From Pedobacter sp. (GTDB taxonomy: Bacteria > Desulfobacterota > Desulfuromonadia > Desulfuromonadales > Syntrophotaleaceae), in contig JBFWJC010000001.1 in NCBI GenBank assembly GCA_050253415.1, forward strand, positions 128,001-192,000: DNA of 64,000 nucleotides. Reading direction: 5' to 3'. Shown piece by piece: positions 29,500-38,521 of the stretch. Each line of letters opens with the position of its first letter. The stretch's first letter is position 1. The position numbers and the translations under genes were made by a program. Under the pieces are notes generated by a model that worked only from the letters and a program-made list of their open reading frames with translations, did no database searches and was not told the DNA's origin.

Positions 29500-30405
29500 T
29501 CAGCGGAACAGCTTCCGCAACAATCCCCGATTACGGGATACCAGCTGCTCAAGGGCGGGGAGTTGCTCTTCGACTGCTGCGACCCCCTCAGCTATGGCTT
29601 CTTCAAACTGGGAAAAGTCGGCCCAGTGCGACCCGTTGTTTCTTGGTCGCACCACCAGGTCGGCCTTACTGCAGCGTTCCGTGCTGAGGGCCCAGCGTGC
29701 AATACCGTCAGCCCGCCCGATAATATCCAGAGCATTTTCCAACTCGCCACACGGGTCGAGAACGCTGGCCACGTCGACCGCCACCACCACATCGGCACCC
29801 AGACCAAAGGCCGGCTCGACAGGCACCGCATCGATCCAACCACCATCGACCAGCAGTCTTCCATCTCCCGATACCGGCGGTAACAAGCCGGGGATGGCAC
29901 AGCTGGCCGAAACCGCCCGCCGCAAACTACCGCTGGTAAAAACAACTTCCTGTCCCGATATCAGATCCAGGGACGTGGTGCAAAACGGGATACGGGTGTC
30001 CTCAAAGGTCAGATCTTCGATCATGAGGGAAAAATTCTGCTGGGAGGCTGATTTGCCGTAATACGACTGCCGTGTCACCACCAGGGTATAGAACAAACCT
30101 TTCCACGCCAGCTGCAGCAACCGATCAAACATGCCGGCATCCTCACCATTCTGGTCGCCAAGTTGATTGAAACGGGTTTCCTTGAATGCGTCGCTGGCCA
30201 GATAGGCCTGAAAACGTTCCTTTAGAACCACCACGGAAGGTTCAAGTGCATAGATTGCACCGATGATCGCGCCCATGCTGGTTCCGGAGATCATATCGAT
30301 CGGCAGCCCGTATTTTTCGAACGCTTCCAGAACCCCGATATGCGCCAATCCCCGAGCCGCACCGCCACCCAAAGCCAGAGCCACTTTATTGCGCCGCTTA
30401 AACAT
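29500..30405 (-). CDS. Patatin-like phospholipase (RssA/NTE family)
   Basis: GGGAARG, GTSMG nucleophile elbow and DGG. Confidence 0.92.
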   Translation of the reverse strand: MFKRRNKVALALGGGAARGLAHIGVLEAFEKYGLPIDMISGTSMGAIIGAIYALEPSVVVLKERFQAYLASDAFKETRFNQLGDQNGEDAGMFDRLLQLAWKGLFYTLVVTRQSYYGKSASQQNFSLMIEDLTFEDTRIPFCTTSLDLISGQEVVFTSGSLRRAVSASCAIPGLLPPVSGDGRLLVDGGWIDAVPVEPAFGLGADVVVAVDVASVLDPCGELENALDIIGRADGIARWALSTERCSKADLVVRPRNNGSHWADFSQFEEAIAEGVAAVEEQLPALEQLVSRNRGLLRKLFR

Positions 30406-30566
30406 GAGATCTTTCTCCCCCTGTGAATCCATCCACTCGGTTGCAAGTCATAGAATTGATTTCACCCTGGGACAAACATATCCGCCCATTTTCCATTTTT
30501 TATTTGATAACATTAATTTTATCTGAAACAATGACATCCTTATATCATTCTAACAAGGATGCCACC

Positions 30567-31250
30567 ATGCCCGCCATAAAAGACTGGCCTGAAGACGAAC
30601 GACCTCGAGAAAAATTGCTGCACCGGGGAGCGGAAGCTCTCAGCGATACGGAGCTGCTCGCCCTGATACTGCGCAGTGGCGATGCGGCCAGCGGCAACAG
30701 CGCCATCGATCAGGGAAGATTGCTGATTCAACGTTTCGGTTGCCTGCGCAGCCTGGCGGGCGCGACCGTTGCCGAACTGCGCGCCATCAAAGGCATCGGA
30801 CCGGCTAAGGCTGCTGAATTACTGGCGGTGTTTGAACTGGCACGCCGCTTTGGGCGTAACGCGCTACGCCCTGGTGACCGTTACACCACCCCCCAGGCAG
30901 TGTTCGCTCACTTTCACGAACGCCTGCGCGATCATAAGCGGGAACGTTTCATCGCCCTGCTGCTGGACAGCAAGAACCGTCTGCTACGCGAAGTCGGTAT
31001 CTCGGAAGGCAGCCTGACCGCCAGCATCGTCCATCCACGCGAAGTGTTTGCGCCGGTGGTACGCGAATCGGCAGCGGCGGTGCTGTTCGTTCACAACCAT
31101 CCCTCCGGCGATCCGGCTCCAAGCCGCGAAGACCTTGATATCACCCGGCGTCTCAAAGAAGCCGGTGAACTGATGGGCGTGCGGGTGCTCGATCACATCA
31201 TCATCGGCAGTGAAGGTTATGTCAGCCTTGCCGACCGTGGCCTGCTGTAA
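30567..31250 (+). CDS. radC: RadC (JAB/MPN domain) protein
   Basis: RPREKL, LSDTELLA, HhH GIGPAK, VHPREVF, HNHPSGD and LDHIIIG. Confidence 0.95.
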   Translation: MPAIKDWPEDERPREKLLHRGAEALSDTELLALILRSGDAASGNSAIDQGRLLIQRFGCLRSLAGATVAELRAIKGIGPAKAAELLAVFELARRFGRNALRPGDRYTTPQAVFAHFHERLRDHKRERFIALLLDSKNRLLREVGISEGSLTASIVHPREVFAPVVRESAAAVLFVHNHPSGDPAPSREDLDITRRLKEAGELMGVRVLDHIIIGSEGYVSLADRGLL

Positions 31251-31312
31251 AAGAGGGGCGGTTGCTTCAAGGTTACAGACCATGGTATGATTTCGAACGT
31301 TTACGTAAAGAC

Positions 31313-31338
31313 GACCGGGGAGACCCCGGTCTTTTTTT
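31313..31338 (+). terminator. Intrinsic terminator after radC
   Basis: gaccgggg-aga-ccccggtc followed by a T tract. Confidence 0.65.
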
Positions 31339-31391
31339 CTGATGTATACCCTACGTCGCATAGAGAACCTTTAGAAAGCGAAATAACAAGC

Positions 31392-33767
31392 ATGTCCCAC
31401 ACCCCGAAACGCCCCGAACTGCTGGCCCCCGCAGGCAGCCTGGAAGCCTTTTTTGCCGCCATGGAATCGGGCGCGGATGCCGTTTACTGCGGCCTTAAGG
31501 AATTTTCCGCCCGCGCCAAGGCACGCAACATATCCATGACCGATCTGGAAGGGATGCTGGCCTACGCCCGCAACCTGGACCGGCGCATTTATGTGACGGT
31601 TAATACCCTGATCCGCGAAGAGGAACTGCCGCGCCTGGCCGAAACCCTGGCCGGACTGGAAGCAATGGACGTCGACGGTATCATTCTGCAGGACCTGGGC
31701 GTCTGGAAAATGGCGCGGGACCATTTCCCCGGCCTGCGGCTGCATGCCTCTACCCAGATGACAGTGCATAATGCCGCCGGCATCCGCACTCTGGAGCGCA
31801 TGGGATTCAAGCGGGCGGTGCTGGCCCGCGAACTGACGCTGGACGAAATCACTGCCATCCGACGGGATACCTCCCTCGAGCTGGAGCATTTCATCCACGG
31901 CGCCCTGTGCTTCTGTTATTCGGGACAGTGCCTGTTTTCCTCCTGGCTTGGAGGTAAGAGCGGCAACCGCGGCCGCTGCGCCCAACCCTGCCGTCGACGT
32001 TACCGTTACCGACAAAAAGAGGGGTACTACTTTTCCCCCAACGACATGTCGGTCATCGACCTGCTGCCGGAGCTGCAACAAGCCGGCGTAGGCAGTTTCA
32101 AGATCGAGGGGCGCATGAAAAGCGCGGAATACGTGGCCAATGTGGTGACGGCTTACCGCATGGTGCTGGACGCATCTCCGGCACAGAAAAAGCAGACCCT
32201 GCTGGCCGCCAAGGAACGTCTCAAACAGTCCTTCGGACGTCTTCCGACCAAAGGCTTTCTGCCCGGTCCCAAACCGACGGATATCGCCATTCCATCGCTG
32301 AAAGGGGCCACCGGCCGCTTCCTCGGTGAGGTCAGTGCGGTGCGCGGCGGTGATATCACCTTTAAAACCCGGGACCGGTTGCACCTCGGTGACCGTATCC
32401 GTATCCAGCCGAAAAGCGATCAGGCCGGCACCGCATTCACCATAAAGGAGCTACGTCTGGGACGGGCCAACGTCAAGGCGGCGTCTGCCGGCAGTACGGT
32501 ATGCGTACCCTCAACCTTCCGCGGTACGTTCCGCGTCGGGGATGCCGTTTTCAAGGTTTCCTCCGAACAGGCCTTTACCATGAGCGAGGCGGCCTGCCGC
32601 CGTAAATTACAGCAAGCCGGCAAGATCCCGACCGGACTCGATCTGCATATCGAGGTGCAGGAGGAAAGTCTGGTCCTTAAAGGCCGGGCCGGCCAGGTCG
32701 AGCTCGAGCAATCCTTTACCGTACCGACCTTCCCCGCCAGCGACAACCCTTTATCGCCTGAAACCTTGCGGTCTGTTTTCGAACGCAGCGGCGATGTGCC
32801 GCTGGTTCTCAGGAATATAACCACCGGCACACTGCCGCCGGTAGTCATTCCCCCCAGCCGTCTCAAGGAAGTCAGGCGTCTGTTCTACCAAAGCGTCAAT
32901 CAACGCCTCGGCAATTCGGGCAGCCAGACCCGACAGACCCATCTGCAGGCCGCACTGGATCATCTGCTGCCGGGCCAGGTACCCGCTACAGGGCAAAAAC
33001 GGCAGATCACCGTGGCCATCGACCGAATGCGCGACAGCCATCTGTTGAACGATCCCTTGGTCGATCGCATCATGTTGCCGCTGACCACGTCCAATGTGCA
33101 ACAGCTCGGCCAGGGACAACGGCTTAACGGGCGGGAAGCCCGGGTTATATGGGATGTTCCCTTTGTGCTGCTGGGGCAGGAATGGCAGGAATGCCTCAGC
33201 GCCGTCCGTTTCCTGGTGTCGCGGGGGTTTTGCACTTTCCGTCTCAACAACCTGGGGCACTTCCCCCTGTTCGACGGACTGGAAGGACTCACCCTGCTGA
33301 GCGGCTGGCGTCTTTTCAGCCTCAACAGTCAGGCGGCCCTGGCCTGGGGCGAACTGGGCGTTACCGAGGCAACCCTGTACCTGGAGGACGACCGCGCCAA
33401 CCTGGCGGCCATATTGCAGCACGACTCGGGGCTGGAAACCAACCTGACCGTGTATGCGTCGGTGCCACTGATCACCTCGCGCATCCCGCTGCGCGGCCTG
33501 CGCAGCGACAGCCCGGTGCTTTCCGACCGCGACGATGCTTACAGGGTGGACCAGCGTGGTGGCCAGACGGTAGTCAGCTCGGCTACCGACTTTTCCCTGC
33601 TGGGGCGTCTACCTGAACTGGAAAACATGGGCTTCCATCGTTTCATCATCGACCTGTCGCACGTCGGGCCGTTCTCTGTGCAGGGCAAACAGGTGCTGGA
33701 CGCCGTGCGCCGGGGCAGCAACATAGCGGGGACCTCTGACTTCAACTTCGAACGCGGCATGGAATAA
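31392..33767 (+). CDS. Peptidase U32 family protein with long C-terminal extension (RlhA-like RNA hydroxylase)
   Basis: PELLAPAG, GADAVY, HASTQ, the Fe-S motif HGALC..SGQC..RGRCAQPCR, and KIEGRMK. Confidence 0.88.
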   Translation: MSHTPKRPELLAPAGSLEAFFAAMESGADAVYCGLKEFSARAKARNISMTDLEGMLAYARNLDRRIYVTVNTLIREEELPRLAETLAGLEAMDVDGIILQDLGVWKMARDHFPGLRLHASTQMTVHNAAGIRTLERMGFKRAVLARELTLDEITAIRRDTSLELEHFIHGALCFCYSGQCLFSSWLGGKSGNRGRCAQPCRRRYRYRQKEGYYFSPNDMSVIDLLPELQQAGVGSFKIEGRMKSAEYVANVVTAYRMVLDASPAQKKQTLLAAKERLKQSFGRLPTKGFLPGPKPTDIAIPSLKGATGRFLGEVSAVRGGDITFKTRDRLHLGDRIRIQPKSDQAGTAFTIKELRLGRANVKAASAGSTVCVPSTFRGTFRVGDAVFKVSSEQAFTMSEAACRRKLQQAGKIPTGLDLHIEVQEESLVLKGRAGQVELEQSFTVPTFPASDNPLSPETLRSVFERSGDVPLVLRNITTGTLPPVVIPPSRLKEVRRLFYQSVNQRLGNSGSQTRQTHLQAALDHLLPGQVPATGQKRQITVAIDRMRDSHLLNDPLVDRIMLPLTTSNVQQLGQGQRLNGREARVIWDVPFVLLGQEWQECLSAVRFLVSRGFCTFRLNNLGHFPLFDGLEGLTLLSGWRLFSLNSQAALAWGELGVTEATLYLEDDRANLAAILQHDSGLETNLTVYASVPLITSRIPLRGLRSDSPVLSDRDDAYRVDQRGGQTVVSSATDFSLLGRLPELENMGFHRFIIDLSHVGPFSVQGKQVLDAVRRGSNIAGTSDFNFERGME

Positions 33768-33855
33768 CCTCCCTGCCCTGTCCTCTTCATAAAAGCGCTG
33801 CCTGTACCCACGGTCCAGTTCTTTTGCAGAGGGATCAAAACCAAAAAATCTGTAT

Positions 33856-33977
33856 CTCACGCAAAGCCGCAAAGCTGCCAAGAAGTTCAACACCCATGTT
33901 TCTGGGGTTGCTTTTCTTTGCGTCTTTGCGTCTTTGCGTCTTTGCGGCTTGAGCGACTGCAAGGAGCGGGCGTGAGA
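33856..33977. repeat. Palindromic element with tandem CTTTGCGT units
   Basis: ctcacgcaaagccgcaaag ... (ctttgcgt)x3 ctttgcgg ... gcgtgag. Confidence 0.7.
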
Positions 33978-34014
33978 TGATTTTATATTGATTTTACTTC
34001 CCTCGCCCGCCCGC

Positions 34015-34641
34015 CTATTCGATCGATGGCGCCACAGGCTGCATGCCGGCATCGGGAAGGGTAATAAACAGGCTTGTCGCCAATTCCGCCAACCCTCGCA
34101 ACCGGTCATAATCCGGATTGTGAAGCGGCATGGCCGCAGCACCCCCTTCCAGCACATGCGCACGATCACGCCAAAGATCCCGCTCTTGTTTGCCATCCAC
34201 CACCCGTGCCTCGGCAGCGATCTCAAACTGCGGCGGCGGATTGGTTTCGCTGTAGGTGCCGCTGCTGAACAGGAAATCGACATGCACGGCCAACACCAGA
34301 TCGGCCGGAGCCGTTACCCTGGCCACAAGTTCCTCCGCAGGCACCACTGTCAAAGACCTGCGCTCCAGACGTGGTAGTGGCTGCAGCTCTGCAACCATGT
34401 AGCCTTTGGTTTGCAGCGCCTGTCGCACCTGGAGCAACAATTCCCGATCCAGACCACTCTGCGGCAACGGACGATAACGCTCGTCGAAAGACACACCCAC
34501 CAGCGCTACGCTACGCGCCTCTGTCGGCCACGCCGTAGCATCAACAAACAGGGCGGTTTTCGGGACCGTGGTACATCCGCCTAACAGCCCTGCCATGATA
34601 AACATGCCCCGTAGCCAAAAATTCTTTACCCAACGCTTCAT
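34015..34641 (-). CDS. Hypothetical lipoprotein
   Basis: Basic N-region, hydrophobic core and lipobox LGGC. AGGAGG RBS. Confidence 0.7.
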   Translation of the reverse strand: MKRWVKNFWLRGMFIMAGLLGGCTTVPKTALFVDATAWPTEARSVALVGVSFDERYRPLPQSGLDRELLLQVRQALQTKGYMVAELQPLPRLERRSLTVVPAEELVARVTAPADLVLAVHVDFLFSSGTYSETNPPPQFEIAAEARVVDGKQERDLWRDRAHVLEGGAAAMPLHNPDYDRLRGLAELATSLFITLPDAGMQPVAPSIE

Positions 34642-34770
34642 AAAGACCTCCTTGCAAGGCATTGACTTGAGTCGGTACACGCCTCCGGGATTAATCGAAT
34701 TTTAACTCCCGACTCATTGACCCCAAACACCTGCGGCTTTAAATGTTCGAGTCATCCACCAGGAGGAAGC

Positions 34771-35010
34771 ATGGCTCGTTTTCGCAGCATCCAAACTGTC
34801 ATAGACGCCATCCGCGTCGAGCAACGCACGGTTATCGCCCCCACAGAAGATGGTCACCAAGGTATCTATGTCGTCTATCCCGGCGACTATCTTTGCGTGG
34901 ATCAGGAAGGACGAACATTTCCCTGTAAGGCGGAGGAATTTGAGCGTTATTACGAACCGGTCAATGAATGCACGCCACAAAGAAGAATGAAAGGAGCTTA
35001 CCATGATTGA
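34771..35010 (+). CDS. Small hypothetical protein (PGDY..FPC..F..YE motif)
   Basis: AGGAGG RBS. The PGDYL...FPCK.EEF..YYE pattern resembles small beta-barrel phage-type proteins. Confidence 0.7.
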   Translation: MARFRSIQTVIDAIRVEQRTVIAPTEDGHQGIYVVYPGDYLCVDQEGRTFPCKAEEFERYYEPVNECTPQRRMKGAYHD

Positions 35011-35170
35011 GACCTGCCCATTGTGCGGCCGCTACAGCCTGACTCCGGATTACCCACCCAAACCATGTCCAATCTGTGAGGAAGAGATTCTGAACAAAGC
35101 CTCCCTGACGGCGACCATGACCCACGCCCGGAAACACCGGCAACCTCCGGGACAACGCCCTGACGCCTGA
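35003..35170 (+). CDS. 55-aa zinc-ribbon-like microprotein (absent from ORF track)
   Basis: Manual translation MIETCPLCGRYSLTPDYPPKPCPICEEEILNKASL.... AAGGAG RBS, overlapping the upstream stop. Confidence 0.7.
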   Translation: MIETCPLCGRYSLTPDYPPKPCPICEEEILNKASLTATMTHARKHRQPPGQRPDA

Positions 35171-35247
35171 TGTGTCTATCTCCGTACCTTTCTCCCGCCG
35201 GGCAGGACACTTCATTCCACCCGGCTTTCGTGCGTTCAGTGACGAGC

Positions 35248-37398
35248 CTACGGTTGCGGGATGCAGGTTTTGCATGCCTCGATAGCCCCGGGGCGACCCA
35301 GCACGACCAGAACATCCCCGGCCTCAAGCATAGTATCCGGCGAAGGCGAAACGATACGCTGATCACCGCGCCGAATGCCGATGACCGACAGGCCGATGCG
35401 ATGGCGTAAATCGAGAGCTGCGAGGGTTCGGCCGACCCAACCGGATGCTTCAGGGAAGCTGACTTCTCCGATTTGAAACCCCTCCGGTTCGCCAGCTCCA
35501 GATTCCTTTCTCGGCGCCAGCAAATCCCCTGCCTGCATCAGACTGTCATGGCTTCCGAGCAATACCAGGCGGTCTCCGGGAAGCAGCATGAAATCCGCAT
35601 CGGGATCGAAATGACTATGCCCCGAACGGTCCACTGCCACCAGAGTTGCACCGGTGCGGGACCGCAGCGCCAGTTCGCCAAGACGCTTGCCGCCGGCCGG
35701 GGAACCCGGACGCAGTCGGATTTCCTCCAGCGTCATGGGCCAGGGTGCCTGATCGAATATCGCCTCCCGGGCGGTGGTAAGCAGATCGACAGCCTGCTCG
35801 GCGGCGTCCAGATTGGGCCATAGCACGCGGTCCGCACCGGCCTTTCGAAAAGCCTCTTCCTGCTCTGCGTTCTGAGCGGTTAACACCACCTTCCCCCTGA
35901 AATGCCGCTGCTGCAGACCCTCCAACAACGTCATGTTGGGCCCGGATCCGGGCATGGCACTGACCACCCACGGCACCTGCCCAAGCTGCAGGTGATCGAG
36001 GGTATGCGCATCGCCCGCATCGCCGTAGCGAACCCGCAAACCCCGGGAAGCTGCCTTACGTACCACCTCCGGGTTGAAATCGATCCCCAGCAAGGTTTTT
36101 CCCCGTGCCAACAGGTTCTTGGCGATATGGCTTCCGAAATTGCCCAATCCGAACAAAATCACATCTACCGGCGCGCCGGTGTCACCGGAGTCGGCCATCG
36201 CCTCGCGATACGGATGGTGTCTCTGCAACCATCCCAATGCGGGTGCCAGCCGCTCATAGATACGCCCGCTGTCCAGTATCAGGTAACTCGATACGCCGAT
36301 AGTAATCACTCCAACCAGGGTGATCATGCCCATGATGTTGGTATCGATATGCCCGAACTGCAAACCCAGTGCACCCAGAATAAGAGAAAATTCCGAGATC
36401 TGCCCCAGCGACACGCCGGCCAGAAAACCGGTACGCTTGCTGTAGCCCATCCCCCCCATGATTCCGGCCACCAGCAGCGGCTTGATCAGCAACACGAATA
36501 CCGTCAAAGCCAGCACCATCAGCAACTGCCGGCCATTGAGATTCAATTCCAGATGGGACCCGAGGGAAATGAAGAAGAACAACAACAGGAAATCACGCAA
36601 GGTCACCAGACGCGCGGCCAGAATTTCGCGAAACGAGGTCGATGCCAGGGAAATTCCGGCCATGAATGCGCCGACTTCCAGGCTTAACTTGAGTTGCTGG
36701 GAAAGAGCCGACCATAAGGCGGCGTAGGCGATGGCAAACAGCACCAGAAGTTCCTGCGAATGAGCCAGGCGTGCCAGCAGTCCGGGCAAAACATAACGCA
36801 TCAACAAGGCCGTGAGACCGATAAATGCGCCGCCCTTGAGAAGCACCAGCAGCCCGTCCCGCATCAAACCACCCTCGCTGCCACTGCTCCATGCCGTCAA
36901 TGCGATCATGGCCAGGATGACCGCGAGATCCTGCACGATCAGAACACCGAGATCGATCTTGCCGTGCAGCGCGTCGATCTCACGTTTATCCGACAGCAGT
37001 TTGACGATGATGACAGTACTGGAGAAGGTCAGAGCGGCTGCCACATAAAACGCCTGCAAGGAGCCAAACCCGAGGCCCAGAGCCAGCAGGTAGCCAAAGC
37101 CAAAGGTCAGCACTATCTGTCCGCTACCGATGGCCAGCGCCACTGGGCCGGTGCTACGGATCAGATTCACGTCAAGCTTGAGACCTACCACGAACAGCAA
37201 CAAGGCGATGCCAAGAGTGGCCAGCAGTTCATGTTCGCGGTCGGCCTGCCACAAATTCAAACCGAGCGGCCCCATCAGCACGCCTACCGCGATGAACGCC
37301 ACGATCAGCGGCTGCCGCAGTTTATGGCTGACCGCCCCCACTGCGGCGCTGGCGGCCAAGACTATGGCTGTTTCCAGAAAAATGCCGTCGACCTGCAT
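35248..37398 (-). CDS. CPA2 cation:proton antiporter (KefB/KefC-like) with TrkA-N and two TrkA-C domains
   Basis: LLLFVVGLKL, LSDKRE, QDL, GQISEF, GLGNFG, YGDA and two RCK-C repeats. Confidence 0.9.
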   Translation of the reverse strand: MQVDGIFLETAIVLAASAAVGAVSHKLRQPLIVAFIAVGVLMGPLGLNLWQADREHELLATLGIALLLFVVGLKLDVNLIRSTGPVALAIGSGQIVLTFGFGYLLALGLGFGSLQAFYVAAALTFSSTVIIVKLLSDKREIDALHGKIDLGVLIVQDLAVILAMIALTAWSSGSEGGLMRDGLLVLLKGGAFIGLTALLMRYVLPGLLARLAHSQELLVLFAIAYAALWSALSQQLKLSLEVGAFMAGISLASTSFREILAARLVTLRDFLLLFFFISLGSHLELNLNGRQLLMVLALTVFVLLIKPLLVAGIMGGMGYSKRTGFLAGVSLGQISEFSLILGALGLQFGHIDTNIMGMITLVGVITIGVSSYLILDSGRIYERLAPALGWLQRHHPYREAMADSGDTGAPVDVILFGLGNFGSHIAKNLLARGKTLLGIDFNPEVVRKAASRGLRVRYGDAGDAHTLDHLQLGQVPWVVSAMPGSGPNMTLLEGLQQRHFRGKVVLTAQNAEQEEAFRKAGADRVLWPNLDAAEQAVDLLTTAREAIFDQAPWPMTLEEIRLRPGSPAGGKRLGELALRSRTGATLVAVDRSGHSHFDPDADFMLLPGDRLVLLGSHDSLMQAGDLLAPRKESGAGEPEGFQIGEVSFPEASGWVGRTLAALDLRHRIGLSVIGIRRGDQRIVSPSPDTMLEAGDVLVVLGRPGAIEACKTCIPQP

Positions 37399-37485
37399 AT
37401 CCCTCTCCCTTCCGCCTCGGTTCGCCCTGTCAAAAGCTCTCCGGATTATTGTACCGCACATCCTATGCCGACTGTGACAGGATAT

Positions 37486-37526
37486 AAAAAAACGGGGCTC
37501 ATCGCCAAATTTGGCGAAGAGCCCCG
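37486..37526 (-). terminator. Intrinsic terminator closing the coo operon
   Basis: Long hairpin cggggctc..tcgccaaatttggcga..gagccccg with a U7 tract on the minus strand. Confidence 0.75.
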
Positions 37527-37552
37527 AATCGAAAACCATGGCTGATGAAAGC

Positions 37553-38461
37553 TTACTCGGCCAAGCTTGGTTGCAGAGGCCGCGCCACCGCGAGAGCCAG
37601 GGCAAAGGTCAACAGAACCCCGCAAAGCCCGGCCATGCCGGTCGTAAGGACCTGATGTCCGATGGCAGGAACCTGGTAACCGGCCAGAGGGGCCCAGAAA
37701 GACAGCCCTTCCGCAGGCAGAAAGTGCAGGGTGGCAGCAACCCTTTCCAGTCCATCCGGCAGTCCGCTGGCCAGAGGGCTCAGCAGCAGGGCAATAGCGC
37801 AGGCAGCCGAAAAAGGCAACACCACAGCGCGGCGACCGATGATGCCCCGCACGGAACTGGGGGCCAACAGGGCAAAGGCGGCGGCCGTAAGCAGGCCTTC
37901 TCCAACACCGATCAGGGCATGCACGCCGAGCATGGCGCCGGTTACGGTGCCCCAGGCAACGGCACCGGATGCAGCCAGTTCCACACAAACAGCCAAAGAT
38001 GCCAGCATGACCGACACCCAGCCTGCGACGCCGTACAAGAGACCTTGCCGCATCAGGCTTAGTTCAGGACGCCGGCTCAACATGCTTTTCAGCACTGCAC
38101 CAGCCGCAACTCCGACCAGGGCCATGTTAACCACGTTGGCGCCCAGAGCCATGATCCCGCCGTCACCGAACACCAGCGCCTGCACAGCCAGCACCAGGCT
38201 CATGGCCAGCACCGCAAAGGGCCCACCGAGCAGGCTCGCAGCCAGAACGCCACCGAGCAGATGCCCGGAAGTCCCGTTGGCGATGGGAAAGTTCATCATC
38301 TGTCCGGCAAAAATCAGCGCTGCAACGGCAGCAAACCGCGCTATACCGGGTTTATTGCTGGTACGGGTCGCTGCCACAACCGCCGCGCTCACACCCAAGA
38401 GGGCAACTGCCGCCGTTACCGGGCACACGGCACCGTGAAGCATTTGATCGGGGATATGCAT
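37553..38461 (-). CDS. ECF-type Ni/Co transporter S component (NikM/CbiM + PDGLE), paralog of 16913-17827
   Basis: MHIPD, GTSGHLLG, GDGG and PDGLE. AGGAGG RBS. Confidence 0.88.
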   Translation of the reverse strand: MHIPDQMLHGAVCPVTAAVALLGVSAAVVAATRTSNKPGIARFAAVAALIFAGQMMNFPIANGTSGHLLGGVLAASLLGGPFAVLAMSLVLAVQALVFGDGGIMALGANVVNMALVGVAAGAVLKSMLSRRPELSLMRQGLLYGVAGWVSVMLASLAVCVELAASGAVAWGTVTGAMLGVHALIGVGEGLLTAAAFALLAPSSVRGIIGRRAVVLPFSAACAIALLLSPLASGLPDGLERVAATLHFLPAEGLSFWAPLAGYQVPAIGHQVLTTGMAGLCGVLLTFALALAVARPLQPSLAE

Positions 38462-38521
38462 CTGTTCCTCCTTCAACTTGTTGGCAAACAGCCGTCGCAA
38501 TGACGGCCATAAGGATAGATT

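Noticed and set aside
30567..31250. radC as a marker of a mobile element
   Set aside because: It is the full-length HhH-containing form among housekeeping-type genes, with no integrase or conjugation genes nearby.
33916..33947. Tandem repeats as a CRISPR array
   Set aside because: These are 8-nt units with no spacers, and there are no cas genes in the window.
35248..37398. Antiporter as part of the CODH operon (ion-coupled CO metabolism)
   Set aside because: A strong intrinsic terminator at 37486-37526 separates it from nikM, and it has its own RBS region.
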